A stretch of DNA of 59,274 nt, counting the filler, from Dugesia japonica (taxonomy: Eukaryota), in NCBI GenBank assembly GCA_001938525.1. It is 4 parts of 4 records of this genome, joined end to end, with 100 filler letters (N's around TTAATTAATTAA, not from the genome) between each part and the next. Parts side by side here need not be neighbours in the genome. Positions count along the whole stretch, not along the records: positions 16,092 to 25,720 come from MQRL01598936.1; positions 25,821 to 48,571 come from MQRL01643829.1; 2 more parts are not named here. One strand, given 5' to 3'. This document shows, piece after piece, positions 24,700-38,299 of this stretch. The position numbers and the translations under genes are program-made. Position 1 is the stretch's first letter. Each line of letters starts with the position of its first letter. Under the pieces are notes generated by a model. The model was not told where the DNA came from and ran no database searches. It saw only the letters and a list, made by a program, of their open reading frames with translations.

Positions 24700-25080
24700 T
24701 TAATTTCAATATTAATTGAAGATAATTTCGTTGAGGATTTTTATTGAAGATAATTTTATTGAAGAATTCAATTGAGGAATTGTATTTTAAAATATCCCTC
24801 ATGATTTAAAAATATAATTGAAGATCCTCAAGCAAAGCTTTGCGAGCATTTAATTGATGATAACTTTATTAGGGATAATTTAATTGAAGATAATTTTTAT
24901 TGAGGAATTTAATTTAAAAATATAATTGAAAATAATTTAATTGAAAATAATTTTATTGAAAAATTTTATTTTAAAAATATCANTGAAAATTTTTATTTAA
25001 AAAATATCATTGAAGAATATTATTTAAAAAATATCTCTCATGATTTAAAAATATAATTGAAGATTAATTCCTCAATGTAA
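24700..25080 (+). repeat. AT-rich degenerate repeat (ATTGAAGATAATTTT-type units)
   Basis: Repeated ATTGA(A/G)GA...TTT motifs; TCATGATTTAAAAATATAATTGAAGAT occurs twice. Confidence 0.6.
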
Positions 25081-25820
25081 AACTTTAAGAAATAGAATAA
25101 ACTTTTATATAGTACTATTAATTTAATTTTTTTAGAGTAAATGGCTGAAATTTATATTTTAAAAATATGATTTAAAACACAAGTAATGTTAGAATGGGGG
25201 CACTTTTGAATTTGTATTTATATTGTATATTATATGAATATATATTTTTACCATATTATTATATATTTCACATCCTGCCTAAACAAGTGTCAACCGTATT
25301 AAGAATCATACGGCCCTCATACTAACATTACTAATATCTACTTTAATACAGGTCTCGGAAACCTTATTTTACTTCGAGTCAATACAAATCAATATGAATA
25401 CTAAGAATGCGTTTCGGATCAAGAGTATATTAATTTTAGGACGTTTTTTAACGAATTATAATAAGATAAAATTTATTGTAAAAATAATAACAATATGCTT
25501 TCATTAATTTTTTTAAAAAATTTTTAAATAATTAAATATGATTTTAAAAAATCTTTCTGTTTGTCTGTCATCATTGACTATGCTTCATATTCATGCATTT
25601 TTTGACGGAACATTACAAACTATTTCAATAAAATAAGAAACACAATATACTCAAATAACTGAAAAATGCAGAGAAAAAAATATTTTTAAATAATCTTTTC
25701 AGGTTTAGTTAGGATAAGTGNNNNNNNNNNNNNNNNNNNNNNNNNNNNNNNNNNNNNNNNNNNNTTAATTAATTAANNNNNNNNNNNNNNNNNNNNNNNN
25801 NNNNNNNNNNNNNNNNNNNN

Positions 25821-28260
25821 GATTTAAATAAATACCTGTTCCAGATGTTGTATTATTAGTTGGAAAAAAATGATCTGGTAATAATTCTTTTTTCGTATCT
25901 TTTATCTCTTTCCATATCTTTTTTAAATTATAATTGCACTTCTTGAATTACTTACAGCAATTGCAACTCCACCAGCAACTCCAGCTGCAGAAGCTCATCC
26001 AGAAAGAATTGCTAAAATTGGAATAACCATACCTTCTTCAATGAATTTGGATTTTCATTTAAATGATTTTAAATTGCTTCTTTAGCTTTCTTTCAGATCC
26101 AATAAATTTTACCATTTATAACTATTGATTTACATTTTGTTGAATTTATTAAATTTAATAATTCTTGTTCTGTAATTGACTGAGACATTTTCTTTTAAAA
26201 ATTAATTAAGGCATTTCAATCGGTAATTATTTTCAAATTAATTATTTTTTTTAACATGAATTTTACACATATTTTTTCAATCTCTTTTAAATTATCTGAA
26301 ATTTTATACCATGAAAATGTACTTGTTAATATTTTTTGGATATTTATTTGCTAAATTATGAAACTTGATTAATTAATAATTATAACTAATACTATAATTA
26401 ATATGACTATTATAAAATTAAGATAAATCATTATTATTTTTTATTTGATTTTTTAATAATTACATACTACCTAATTCATTATATATTAATTAACTTATTT
26501 TTTTAATTAAATATATTTTCTAAATCTTTTTTTTTGTTAATTTTTTTGATACCCATAATATATCTTGTTTTTTTAATATCTATTTGATCAGTTGGATAAA
26601 AACTTAATAATTTTATAAATATAAATTTAAAATTTATAACATTACTAATTGAAACATCATCATCACCATATTTTTCTTGAAATTCTAATTTCAAAGAAAC
26701 GTTAAAGTTTCTTTAATTTTTCTATATTACATCTGGATCTTTAGACTCTCAGAACTCTGCTCGAGAATCGCAAAGCTTTGCTTGAGAATCACAGAACTCT
26801 GTTTGAGAAATATTATTATTCCATTCTAATATTTTACTTTTTAAACTTTGTTCATTTTTTGGAAGTGCACTTTTGTAAAATAATTTTTTTCTTTTGGAGA
26901 ATTTAAATTTTTAAGTTTTATATTAAACCAATCTCTTATTATTAAATCACATTCTTCACATAAAATTTCCAACATATAATTAATTAAATCACTCAAAACA
27001 TTATTATTATTTCTTTTCAAATATTTTATAAAATCTTTTTTTAGAAACCATATTATTAAATAAAAATTTTAACTCACGAGCCTCCTCCTGAAATGACTCA
27101 TGTGAGTCGTATTTTATTCTAAATTTTTGTCATAAATTTTTTTATCAAATCGTTTTTCAAAATTTTTTATCATTTAATTAAAATAAAGAAAAAGTCTCGA
27201 TCAAAACAAAATGTATTTTAATAGAAATTCAAATTTTCAACAATTGTCTTCTTCACGAATATTTTTTTCAAAATGTTTTCATCACATATCACAAATTATA
27301 AGTCACGAATCAAATAAGTCTTCCATTAAAATATCAGCTTCTCTATCTAAATAAAAATAATTATATATTGTTTTCCAATGTAATATTACTTAATAATCAT
27401 ATTCTAATTTATTGTAAAATATATTACTAAATAAATAATGATATACATCATTTTTATGTGTTTTAATTAATTTGAAAAATATATAATTACTATTATTTCT
27501 TATTGAATTTTTATCTAAATGAAAATATATTTGTGATAACATTATATATAACATTACGATTATTGTCTTCATCTTGTAAATTAAATTCCTTTTATTTTTA
27601 CTAAGTTGATCAGAAGGAATAAGATTATTAGTTTTATTACTTAGAGTTATATATACATATATACTTTGCAATTTTTTGTCTATAAATTTTTTTATTAAAA
27701 ACCATTTAACAACTTGTAGTGTATAATATACACCCATAATTACCTATTAATTGTGGAATTAAATTTTGCTTTTCAATAATTAATATGACATCTTCTTTAG
27801 ATGAACTATTTTCAAATCCTTCTCTCATTAATTGTAACGCAAATTGATTTATTGTTGTTGAATAAATAATTAAATTATTATAATATATAAATTCTGTTAA
27901 TAACATTTTTAATAATAATTTATTTGTACCACATATTAATGATCCTATAATCAATAAACTAAGATTGGATGGAAAATATTTTATTTTTAAATACTTTTTA
28001 ATTCTTGTTCCAAATTAGTGGTGCTGAGCTTTTAGACATTTCTATTAATTTAAAATATAGTTTTTGAAGTTAATTCTCACAAAATCTTCTTAAAATCTTT
28101 TCATTATTTAAATCTGTAATTCCATAAGTTTTTGGTTTTGTATTATAAACTTTTGTTACAATAAATATTTCATTAATCCATTTTACAGTAAAACATTTTT
28201 CAAATTTATATTTGTATTTAAATATTCTAACTCAATCACCTATTAAAAAAGTCTCTAATT
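25821..28260 (-). mobile_element. Maverick/Polinton relic 2 (integrase C-terminus, packaging ATPase, pX-like protein)
   Basis: IGD*VRIFKYKYKFEK...WINEIF...TYGITDLNNEKI (integrase end); IIGSLICGTNKLL...LSQIYFHLDKNSIRNNSNYIFFK (ATPase); VIPILAILSG*ASAAGVAGGVAIAV (pX-like). Confidence 0.8.
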
Positions 28261-28329
28261 ATTTGGAAAAGTAAGAATCCGAGGTGTTTTAAAAATCAAA
28301 ATTTGACGAGATACAAACAGTATTTCAAT

Positions 28330-28600
28330 TCTCAAGCATGGATAACTTGCAGTATCTTTGAAGATGAATTAACCTAATGGGATTCAGAACTTAGAAGAAA
28401 AGGAGATGGAAAAAAAATTATTTGTCGACAATTGCTGCACTCATCCAAATATAAACGATTAATATTCAAATTAAAACGGTGTTTTTGCCATCGAATACAA
28501 CGAGCACTTTACAACCACTTGACCAAGGAGTGATAAGAAACTTTAAAATTTATTATAGAAAATCATTAATAAAAGCAAGCGTATTTACATCACAAGATGA
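28330..28600 (+). mobile_element. pogo/Tigger-type DDE transposase fragment
   Basis: LFVDNCCTHP...VFLPSNTTSTLQPLDQGVIRNFKIYYRK. Confidence 0.9.
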
Positions 28601-29247
28601 TTTGGAAAAGAAGAATAGTTAAAGAAAAGTGCAAAAGATTATTGTTTTTCTAATAAAAAAAATAATGGCGTTATTGAGATATATTTAACGTATATGTAAT
28701 TGTTTATGTTTATTATTGAATTTCGATCCCGTGAAAGTTTGNNNNNNNNNNNNNNNNNNNNNNNNNNNNNNNNNNNNNNNNNNNNNNNNNNNNNNNNNNN
28801 NNNNNNNNNNNNNNNNNNNATCGAATGGCTAAAGATTTCAAATTAAACAATGTAAAGAGCAACCGATTATAATAAAATTATTTTTAAAAAAAATAACAAA
28901 TTAATATACAAAAAAATCTAAGGAAAATATTGACAAAACCACTCTACATTTGGTTTCTTAAACTGATGTAATTTCACATCAAACGTAAATGTTTCCTGAC
29001 AACAAAACGGACAAGACTACTACGTATTCAGATTTCGAGTTTTCTCCATTATGAAAATTATACAAAATTCATTTCAACAAACGTACCAAATCGAACTATT
29101 TCAGTGAATTGTAACAAATAAATATTATTAAAAATCAATATTTACACAAATATTTTATAAAAGTGCCGAATTAAAAATTAAATTTTCTTACTAAACTTGT
29201 AATGATAAGAAATTTTGATCAACTCTCTGTTCCTTCTTCACTAATAA

Positions 29248-29821
29248 TAAATAAATTATAATATATAAATTATAATAATATATAAATTATAATAATATAT
29301 AAATTATAATAATATATAAATTATAATAATATATAAATTATAATATATAAATTATAATAATATTTAAATTATAATAATATATAAATTATAACAATATATA
29401 AATTATAATAATATATAAATTATAATAATATCTAAATTATAATATATAAATTATAATAATATATAAATTATAATATATAAATTATAATAATATATAAATT
29501 ATAATANNNNNNNNNNNNNNNNNNNNNNNNNNNNNNNNNNNNNNNNNNNNNNNNNNTTATAATAATATATAAATTATAATAATATATAAATTATAATAAT
29601 ATATAAATTATAATAATATATAAATTATAACAATATATAAATATATATAAAATATATGTTATAATAATAATTAAATTATAATATATAAATTATAATAACA
29701 TATAAATTATAATAATATATAAATTATAATAATATATAAATTATAATAATATATAAATTATATTAACATATAAATTATAATAATATATAAATTATAATAA
29801 TATATAAATTATAATAATATA
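29248..29821 (+). repeat. 17-bp A/T minisatellite (ATAAATTATAATAATAT)n
   Basis: About 30 units with 14-bp variants and an internal N gap. Confidence 0.97.
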
Positions 29822-30199
29822 GGAACAATAAAATAAAACAAAATATGAAAACATGGACAATAACTGTTTGCCATAATTCACAATAATTTCTATATGGACT
29901 AATGCTAAGCAGTAACAGGAATGTATTCACACTTGATTGTTTGTAATTTGTTTCCCTATAAACAAATCTCGCAGCGATTATTTACATTTCGATTGTTTCA
30001 TTCAAGTGGAAAATATCAATTGAAAATTATAGAAAATGAATACAAAAATATGAACAAAAACTCCTCGATAATTCGTACCAAATTGAACTATTTCAGTGGA
30101 TAACAACAAATTAATCATAATGAAAATCAATATTTACAGAAAATATTTTATAAAAATAAATCAAATTTCTATTTAAACATGTGACGATGACGATGATTA

Positions 30200-31588
30200 T
30201 TATTCCTGATCAAATTCTTTCTGTTCCTTCTTCACTTCTCGCTGAAGACCACAAAATATCGATTGATTATTATTATTATTATTATTATTATTGGGTTCTT
30301 CTTCTTTACAAATGTTTTCCTGAGAAAAATAATTATTATAATTCTCCGTTTTCCTCGGTCGTCCGCGTTTTCGTTTGACAGATTCAGTTAAATTATCGAT
30401 TATTCCCCCAGTTGATTTATCATTTTCTCCTCCTCCTGCTCCTCCTGCTGCTGCTTCTGCCTCTACTTCACCATCAAACAATCCATTGAACAAATCTCTT
30501 GCGTCTGGTAATTTCCTCTTGCGTCCACGCTTCATAGGTTCGTGTTTAACCTGCTCCAAAGTTCCTTTCTCGTGTTTCTCAATGTGACACTTCATGTGCA
30601 TCACAGTGTTTGCAGTGAATCCACACTCGTCATACGGACAAACAATCTTACCGGTGGCTCCTCTCGATTTCCTCGTATTGATCTCGTCTTTATGGTACTG
30701 TTGTACGTGAGTTTGTAGTTCTTCTGTACTGCTGAATGTTACTTCACAATACCGACAAACCTCTTTCCGATTAACCTTTCTGCCGTGATTCCTCGTGATG
30801 TGATGATTCAATTTGTTCATCTGTTCGAATCCCGGTTTATTACAAATCGGACAACTGAATTTACTCATGTGTTCTTTCAAGTGTTGTCGGATTTCTTTCA
30901 CATCGGCAATCAACAAACCACAACTATCGCACTTGAAATTCTTCTCCAATTCCAAATTGCAAACTTTTCTATGGGTTTTCACATGGTAAACATTGGTAAA
31001 TCTCTCGTTACAACCCAAACAAATGATTTCCAATGAATTATTATTCACTTGTTCAACATGTTCCTGTAATTCGTGTTCACGGGTTCTCAAATGCGACAAA
31101 TAGATGTCGTGGGTTTTGAATTTCTTTTTACAAAGCAAGCAATCGAATTTCTTTTCGTCGTTATGCCGGCTTTCGTGGGTGTTTCTATTGGTTTTCTGAG
31201 TGAAAGTTTTATGGCAATATTGGCATTTGTACGGTTTAATTTTCGTATGAGCTCCACAATGGTGTTCAAATGTGCCACCGTTATTCGTCATATAATCACA
31301 ATTCGGAAATTTACAATGGTATCGGTATTGAGACGGATCTCTCGGTGGTTTATTCGGGTCAACGTGATCTCTACGTGCATGTAAAAACAAATCACTTAAC
31401 TCGAGAAAAATTCTCGGACATTGTCGACAAACGAAAATCTTTTCTTTATGTAATTCTTTATAATGTTTTGTTAATGCACTGGCATTGGAAAACGTTTTCT
31501 GACAATTTGGGCAAGGATATTGCGTATTCAGATTTTGAGTTTCTTCAACTAAAATATCTCCAGTTTTATCCATTTTCACAAAATACAT
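30200..31588 (-). CDS. C2H2 zinc-finger transcription factor (about 10 fingers) with C-terminal AT-hook(s)
   Basis: Intact 462-aa ORF; nine C2H2 fingers and one C2HC, HTKIKPYKC linker, KRGRPRK AT-hook, KRGRKRK, poly-Asn tract. Confidence 0.95.
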   Translation of the reverse strand: MYFVKMDKTGDILVEETQNLNTQYPCPNCQKTFSNASALTKHYKELHKEKIFVCRQCPRIFLELSDLFLHARRDHVDPNKPPRDPSQYRYHCKFPNCDYMTNNGGTFEHHCGAHTKIKPYKCQYCHKTFTQKTNRNTHESRHNDEKKFDCLLCKKKFKTHDIYLSHLRTREHELQEHVEQVNNNSLEIICLGCNERFTNVYHVKTHRKVCNLELEKNFKCDSCGLLIADVKEIRQHLKEHMSKFSCPICNKPGFEQMNKLNHHITRNHGRKVNRKEVCRYCEVTFSSTEELQTHVQQYHKDEINTRKSRGATGKIVCPYDECGFTANTVMHMKCHIEKHEKGTLEQVKHEPMKRGRKRKLPDARDLFNGLFDGEVEAEAAAGGAGGGENDKSTGGIIDNLTESVKRKRGRPRKTENYNNYFSQENICKEEEPNNNNNNNNNQSIFCGLQREVKKEQKEFDQE

Positions 31589-33199
31589 TTTTTCGTCTAA
31601 CTAATTAATTTCATTAAATTCACTTATTTATAAATTGCATATTATTAATTATTACTATAACTGTTTTATTTATATATTGCTTAGGATTTTTTTGAATATC
31701 TTCTAATATTGAGGTAACTTTCTATAAACAAAAATTAAACAACTTACATTTTAAATTCAACCAACTTCTTCATTTACTAAATTTTCTAATACAATTTCCC
31801 CTGCATTTTCAATAACATTAAAATACTGATCATTAATCTATTTAGTTAAATTTATTATTAATCCAAAATGATTAATTTAATAATATATGATTACCTGCAC
31901 AATTTGATTCAAAAAAGGTCTAAAATCTTCATTTAACTAAAAAAATTCAATTATAGGGTTTATTAAAAATTTCAATATAAAAAAAACATTTGATGCAGTA
32001 AGATTGCTTTCATTTTTTATTTCAATATCCTAATTTAACAACAGATTAAAATTAATTATGAATAATTGGGAAAAACAAACTTCAAAATTGTTACTATCGT
32101 GAATTTCTTGAAACATAGTTAGTGTGAAAATCAAATTGAAATATTAAAACAAATATTTGATTTTTTAGGTTTTTAATTTTGATTAGGAAGTTAAATGAAA
32201 TTTTAGAATTGAATATTGAAACAAAAGTTATTATATTAATCAAATTCAAAAGCAATTTAATTTTGTTTGACTTGAACAATTAAAAGAAATATTTTATAAA
32301 TGATTTTTTCAGAACTGGTTATATTTTTTGAAATATTTCGTTTTGATTTTGAACACATAATTTGAAAACCAAAAATTTTTTAAAATTTGAATATTTAAAA
32401 AAACCATTTAATTTTTTTGTATTAAATCATAAATATTGTTGAAAATAACTTCAAATAAATAACATTGATAGTTAAAACAACTTAAATCCAAATAAAAATA
32501 TGCCTATCAAAAATATTTTTTGTAACAACTAAAAAATAGTAATTCAAAATTATATAAAAAATATTTAAAAACATTCTATAAAATCAAAATAAAATATTAT
32601 TCCACTAATGTGAAGAAATGCAGGGAAATGAAATCGTACAATAATTAAACAAGGTAAATAGAAATTTAAAAATACAGAAACCAAGAATGATTTTATATAA
32701 TTGCTAAACAGATAAAACAATAAAATAATACAAATTTAAAACTCAATGCAATTTAAAAAATTCCAAATAAAATCAGGATAAATAATAAAAGTAAGAAGAA
32801 TGAAAAAATAATAATAAAAAAATGAAATATTAATGAATTTTCAGAAGTTAATGTTTTCCAAAACAGCGATTCACAAACTAATAGTCTCGGAATAGTTTAA
32901 AAAGAAATGCAACTTTTAAGCATAACAAATATATATACATTTTAATAAATTTTCATCACATAACATTTATCATACTGTCGTGCTCCGAGGATTTGATGTT
33001 TTTTTTTCTTCTATTGTAACTCTTGGTACTTCTTTCTTGTCATTAATTTTATCTCATTATCTTCTAGGAACAGATACCCGAGAGCCGGCAGAAATTTGCC
33101 AACACTCCTCGTGTTGCTCCATCCACCCCGAGTCCATGCGGGACTATGTGGTATCCCGTCTTTTAGAAAGTCTTAGTTGTTATGGCTCTTATTAAGTTG

Positions 33200-35500
33200 A
33201 ATCAATTTATTCTTTAAACAATGAAGAGACTCCGATAATAATTAAACATTTATTTTGATATAATTCATAGTGACCCTAAGATTGTTTCCTCGGTAATCAC
33301 CCATTCATCGTCACTTTTGTTCTTCACCTCAAATTCCTTCCACAATATCTTTACGTTGGCGAGGACGGATGCTTCTCGATCTTCATAGAATTTGATTATC
33401 TCGATAAACATTCGGTTTATCGCGATGAGTGCGAGTTCTCTCTGGCGACTCACACTCAATCGTTCTCGCAATGTAGATATTCTTCGCTTGGTGAGGCTGG
33501 CCGTTTCTCGTAGTTCTTTGTTTTTCTAACTTAGCCTTTTTGGTTCTAGTCTGGCCATGCGCTGATCGATTAACAACTCTTCCTGGGTGGGTTTGGTGAT
33601 TCTCATTGACATTCTATAATTAAAATAGACTAATCATTCATGAAAAAATAGTTCGTTTTTATCGGTATAACAATTTTATCATATAAATTCATAATAATTT
33701 ATTAATTTTCATTATAATTATGGCGTTAAATTATTGCAGATTTTATCTCTTTATTTTATCATTGAGTATTTACTTATTTGCTTGTATTATATTTAACACA
33801 TTTCATATTCTGTCGTTTAAGTGTCACTTGTTTCGTTCAGCGGGACTAGAATCTGTCCCAGGATTGTTTCGACTCTTGTTGCCAGTCTCTCATATCTTTG
33901 TGTATTCTTACGCCTCGATTTGCATCGATCGCATGGACTGAATAATCTGTTGCTGTCGTTTGGCCAACTCGGTGGATTCATGATGGCTTTGGTTATTTGA
34001 TGTTCATACTGTTGCTCTTGTTCCCTGATTTTCTCCTCTAATCGCTTCAATTTCTCGAAATGTTGTTGTTCCTGAATAGCCATTTCCTCCTCCAGAATTT
34101 GGATGCGATCCTCCTTCTGATTCATTCTATCTTGTATCATCCCCCAAGGCCCAGTATCTGTACCTTCCAGCCCTAGTGCGTTCCATGAATTCGGCAAGTC
34201 ATTTGCTGTATTGGCCCGAAGCCTCCAACCGTCGTTGCTCAAACTCGCTTCGGCTTAGTTTAGTTTGATCAGGTGTGACATCTGCATAACAAAATTTCAA
34301 TCATTATTATCAAATTAGTGAATTATAGTTTTCAAAGATGGTAATCAACTCGAACAGTGTGATCGTTCATAAAAATCTTTTCCAGTTATTAAAACATCAT
34401 TAATATCATGGTCGTTAATTCTTGAACAGGTACCGGATCACCGAGAGTACATGACCGTATTTCCAATTTAGCAGTTTGATATCGTGAAGTTAAATCGTTA
34501 ATTTTCATTTTTATTTAACCACTCCAATTCACTCTAGGTTCGTTCGCCATAACGAATGATCCTCCTGCCGTTTCCCGTCTATTTCACATGATATCTTTTC
34601 CTACCGAATAAACAGTTAATATCAACTATAATCATTAAAATAATGAAAATGAGAATTTATTATCAATTAAAAATTTATAATATATGAAACAATAATAATC
34701 ACGAATAATCAAAACAAAATATAAAGTATTATGATATTAAAATGGCATAATTTAATCAGTTAGAATCATGTATTGAACTATTAACTAACTCAACTTGATA
34801 TTTTTATTGAAAACCATAAACATTTCTCATAATAATACAATAGTCAAACAATTTTATATTAGAAGAAGTTCAACCACCACTTATCAACTGTAAAACATCT
34901 TATTTCATGTATTCATGTTCAATCTCATATTCATGCTGCTAATGCTTAATTCATCGAGATTCTTTACCAATTTATCTCACTCATACTAACAATATTTATC
35001 TCTCATAATATCTCACTTCTCGTAGTCTGCTCAAAATCTTTCCACACAATATCTTAGTGGCCCACTTTCACTTCACCCAACAAGATGTATCTCTTTCATT
35101 TCAACAATGTTTGTCTCCCTCACGTTCATAACATCATCTCATAATCATCTCATAATCATCTTAACAATATTCCACTTGCACAGTGTATAAATTCATGGTG
35201 GATGATCTGGTGCCTTGGATATCTAAGTTGTGATGATCGTCACTACCAACAAGGCTAGCGATGATGACCATCGCCTCAGTTTTCCGTTTTATAATTTTGG
35301 CATAATAATTTTTAAAATAAATTAAAAGATTTACTTCTTTGCTTTTCGTTTATATTTTGGTTTTTCCGCTGGTAATAGTAAATGCTGCTTAAAAGTTCGG
35401 TTTAATTGACTAATAAGAGCTCCAGAAAAATTGAATTTTTAAGACTGATTTTCCACTGATTTTGATTTCCTTTTATACCTCACTGTATCGTCAAATTTTG
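33200..35500 (-). repeat. Unclassified dispersed element, divergent copy C (ORF2 33817-34281, ORF3 33265-33610)
   Basis: GAGGTATAAAAG and TCAGTC on the minus strand (35481-35443), leader exon with GTAAAT donor, and ORF3 RELALIAINRMFIEIIKFYEDREASVLANVKILW homologous to copies A/B. Confidence 0.7.
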
Positions 35501-36139
35501 ANNNNNNNNNNNNNNNNNNNNNNNNNNNNNNNNNNNNNNNNNNNNNNNNNNNNNNNNNNNNNNGTAGCTTCCACATAGATGTCCAAATATGGGCGTGATT
35601 ATTTTTATTTTTTGTTAATTCTGTAGCGGTTTATGTGCTCACAGATGCTCTATGTTTTTTCCTCAAGTGGAGAGGCTTAAAAAATAATATTTTTTTAAAA
35701 CTTGTATGAGTTTTAGAAATAAAGATAACTACACAATCACATGCAGATATGAACACATCAACCCTAAATTCTAACATAAAATCATCAGACCTTCTTCTAC
35801 ATATAACGTTTCTTTTATAATTCCTTCTTGTTCATTATAAATAATAATATTTATTGAATTATAATAATAATTTTAATTATATTTATCGATAATAATAATT
35901 TCACATTTTATATTTTTAATAAAATTATAATAATTCCATTGTTGTACTTTAACCTGATAAATAATCTATTATTTTCTTATTAATGTTGGGCTAGAACACA
36001 TCTTGAAATAATACGAAAATCTGCAGGAGAGCAAGCAGAAAATTAAGTGAAAATTGGTGCTGGACCAGATATTTTACTTTATATTATCATTATTATTATG
36101 TAATTATTATTAATATAATTATTATACTATTATTGAAAC

Positions 36140-37300
36140 GAGAAAAATGAAAATTGGGCGTAGAGGACCCAAATTTGGAGATACAACAATGAAATTTGGA
36201 TGTACGAGTAGGAAATAATAGGCTGGATAATAAAAGTAATATACACTACTATAATAATATATTAAAAGAGCCTCTACGACCCATTATCGTTATAATAAAT
36301 AACGCTAATTAGTGTTTAATATTATTGAAAAATAAATTTATTCTGGTCCAGTCACGTTTAATTCTGGTTTTTCCAAGCGACGATTCAGTTGACAAACCAG
36401 ACAGAGAGACAAGGACATTACCCTGACGACACGAATTTGGTTTTCCAAATTCGATGTCAATCATCAGTCGGAGAGAAATCCACACGACAAAATATTCATG
36501 AGAAACAGGAACCAATAACCAATAGGAGGTCGAGATTGCAGGATAAGCACAAACGATTGGGTGACCAATGAGAGCTCCTCAATCTTTAACTAGGAGAAAG
36601 AAATAAAATATGGATACCCGAGAAAAGTAATCAGAAAAATTCTTCAAAATTTTATGCAAATATATTTCCAAAATTTTTACTTCGACATTTTATCGAAATA
36701 ATCAGGAGGACGACAAAGTAAAATTTATTTATATTTTTTGTTTTTTATTTTAATAAAATATCTAAAATCATAAACAAAATCGATATCCGAGTGCCGTTCC
36801 TAGGAAAGAGTCTAGGATGGAACATGGTGATTGATGCACGTATATTATTGGAGAGATTTTTTTGGAAGAATGAGAGGACAGAATTAGTTGATAAAAATGA
36901 AAAATAGGTGTTAATACTTTGGGTGAGATGAACAGGACGTTTGTGAGTAAATGCGAGAAATGAGACTCTGGGAATTTCCAACATTTCGAATTGTGATCTT
37001 GAACTATTTATGATCCTANNTTTNTTTTGGTTTNNNTGATTGGGGAGTAAAATANCATATGTCCTTTGTAAAATTATGTTTTTATCAGTAAAAGAGTAAT
37101 TAAATCATTTAGTTATTATTATTGCTTATTATTACTTTTTATCATTCATTTCAATAATAATTTATAATGGAGATAACGGGAACGACAAAAGATGACTGTT
37201 TCCAGCAGGTATCTTCTCTGGTTCGCGTTATGAAACGGTGGGAAATAATGTTAGGCCTCAGGCCGAAAATATCGTTTGAAAAAAAAAATTTAAAACTTTA
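36140..37300 (+). repeat. Unclassified dispersed element, truncated copy D
   Basis: 36144-36355 aligns with 16511-16730; several CCAAT boxes; ATCTTCTCTGGTTCG...AGGCC..GCCGAA block at ~37210-37275. Confidence 0.75.
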
Positions 37301-37567
37301 CATTAATGATATTATTAATATTAACTCTATATTCATGCTTCTTCTCGAAGGAAGAAAATCTAGTATGCACAAATAAGATTGCTTAAAATTTTGTTTCTAA
37401 CAATACGAATAATAAAATTGTTTAAGGTTTTGCGGTTGATTTTTATTCATTATTTGGCGTACAATTAAAATTAATTGTTTTTTTGGGGTAAATTTAATTG
37501 AATTTTTCATGGGCAATTTAAAATTATTAATTCTTAGAAGATTTTTATATCATTCGACTACTTCTCA

Positions 37568-38260
37568 TTACAAATGGTAGCGACGCAACAAGTCATTGCC
37601 TGTTAGTATTGGTTTTAATATACCTGTGCTGTGCAAAGTTATATGTGCTAGATCACTAAATTGCTGTCGTAAGCTGTAATTTTGTTGAATCATGTTTTCG
37701 ATTGCTTGATTATTTGATTTTTTATTGAACCCTTGATTATTATTTCCATACCCACTTTCTTTCGTATTTATAAAGAAATTTCTTCTCGTATGACCTGATT
37801 TATTACAAGTATAACATATTAGTGATTTTGATTTATAAAAATATTCTGCTATATGACCCGTCCTCTGACACACGGTACAACTTAATGGGGCTGAACGACA
37901 TTCTCTTGCAATATGTCCATATTATCCACAATTAAAACAATTTTGATTACCCGCTGATTGCCAACTGTTTTGCCTATTGGCGCCTTCTCCTATCGAGTTA
38001 TTGAATTTCCCTCTGTTATTTTGTCGCTTTTGTCATGCAGTTAGTAATTTAAACAACGGTTACGTATTTGCCGCTGCGACTGGTTGCCATATTGTAGCTA
38101 TTGAGTTTTAAATTGATTGTGGGGGTTCAAGATTTGTAACCCTTTTGGTCGAGGTGGTGCAGATGCGACTCCCGATGTAACAATTGAGTGAGAGATTAGT
38201 TGCTGAGCTGCATGAGATTGTTGCAGACTTTTTATCGTTGAGAACTTTCCGATAAATTGT
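37568..38260 (-). mobile_element. LTR-retrotransposon gag remnant with three CCHC zinc knuckles
   Basis: CFNCG*YGHIAREC, CTVCQRTGHIAEY, CYTCNKSGHTRRN. Confidence 0.8.
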
Positions 38261-38299
38261 TGTTGTTTTTGGGCTAGTTCATATTCTTTTTCTCGGCAG

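Noticed and set aside
25405-25430. CCGAAACGCATTC on the minus strand resembling a hammerhead 3' half
   Set aside because: No upstream CUGANGA core.
30181-31608. Several + strand ORFs overlapping the zinc-finger gene
   Set aside because: Antisense shadows of a real CDS.
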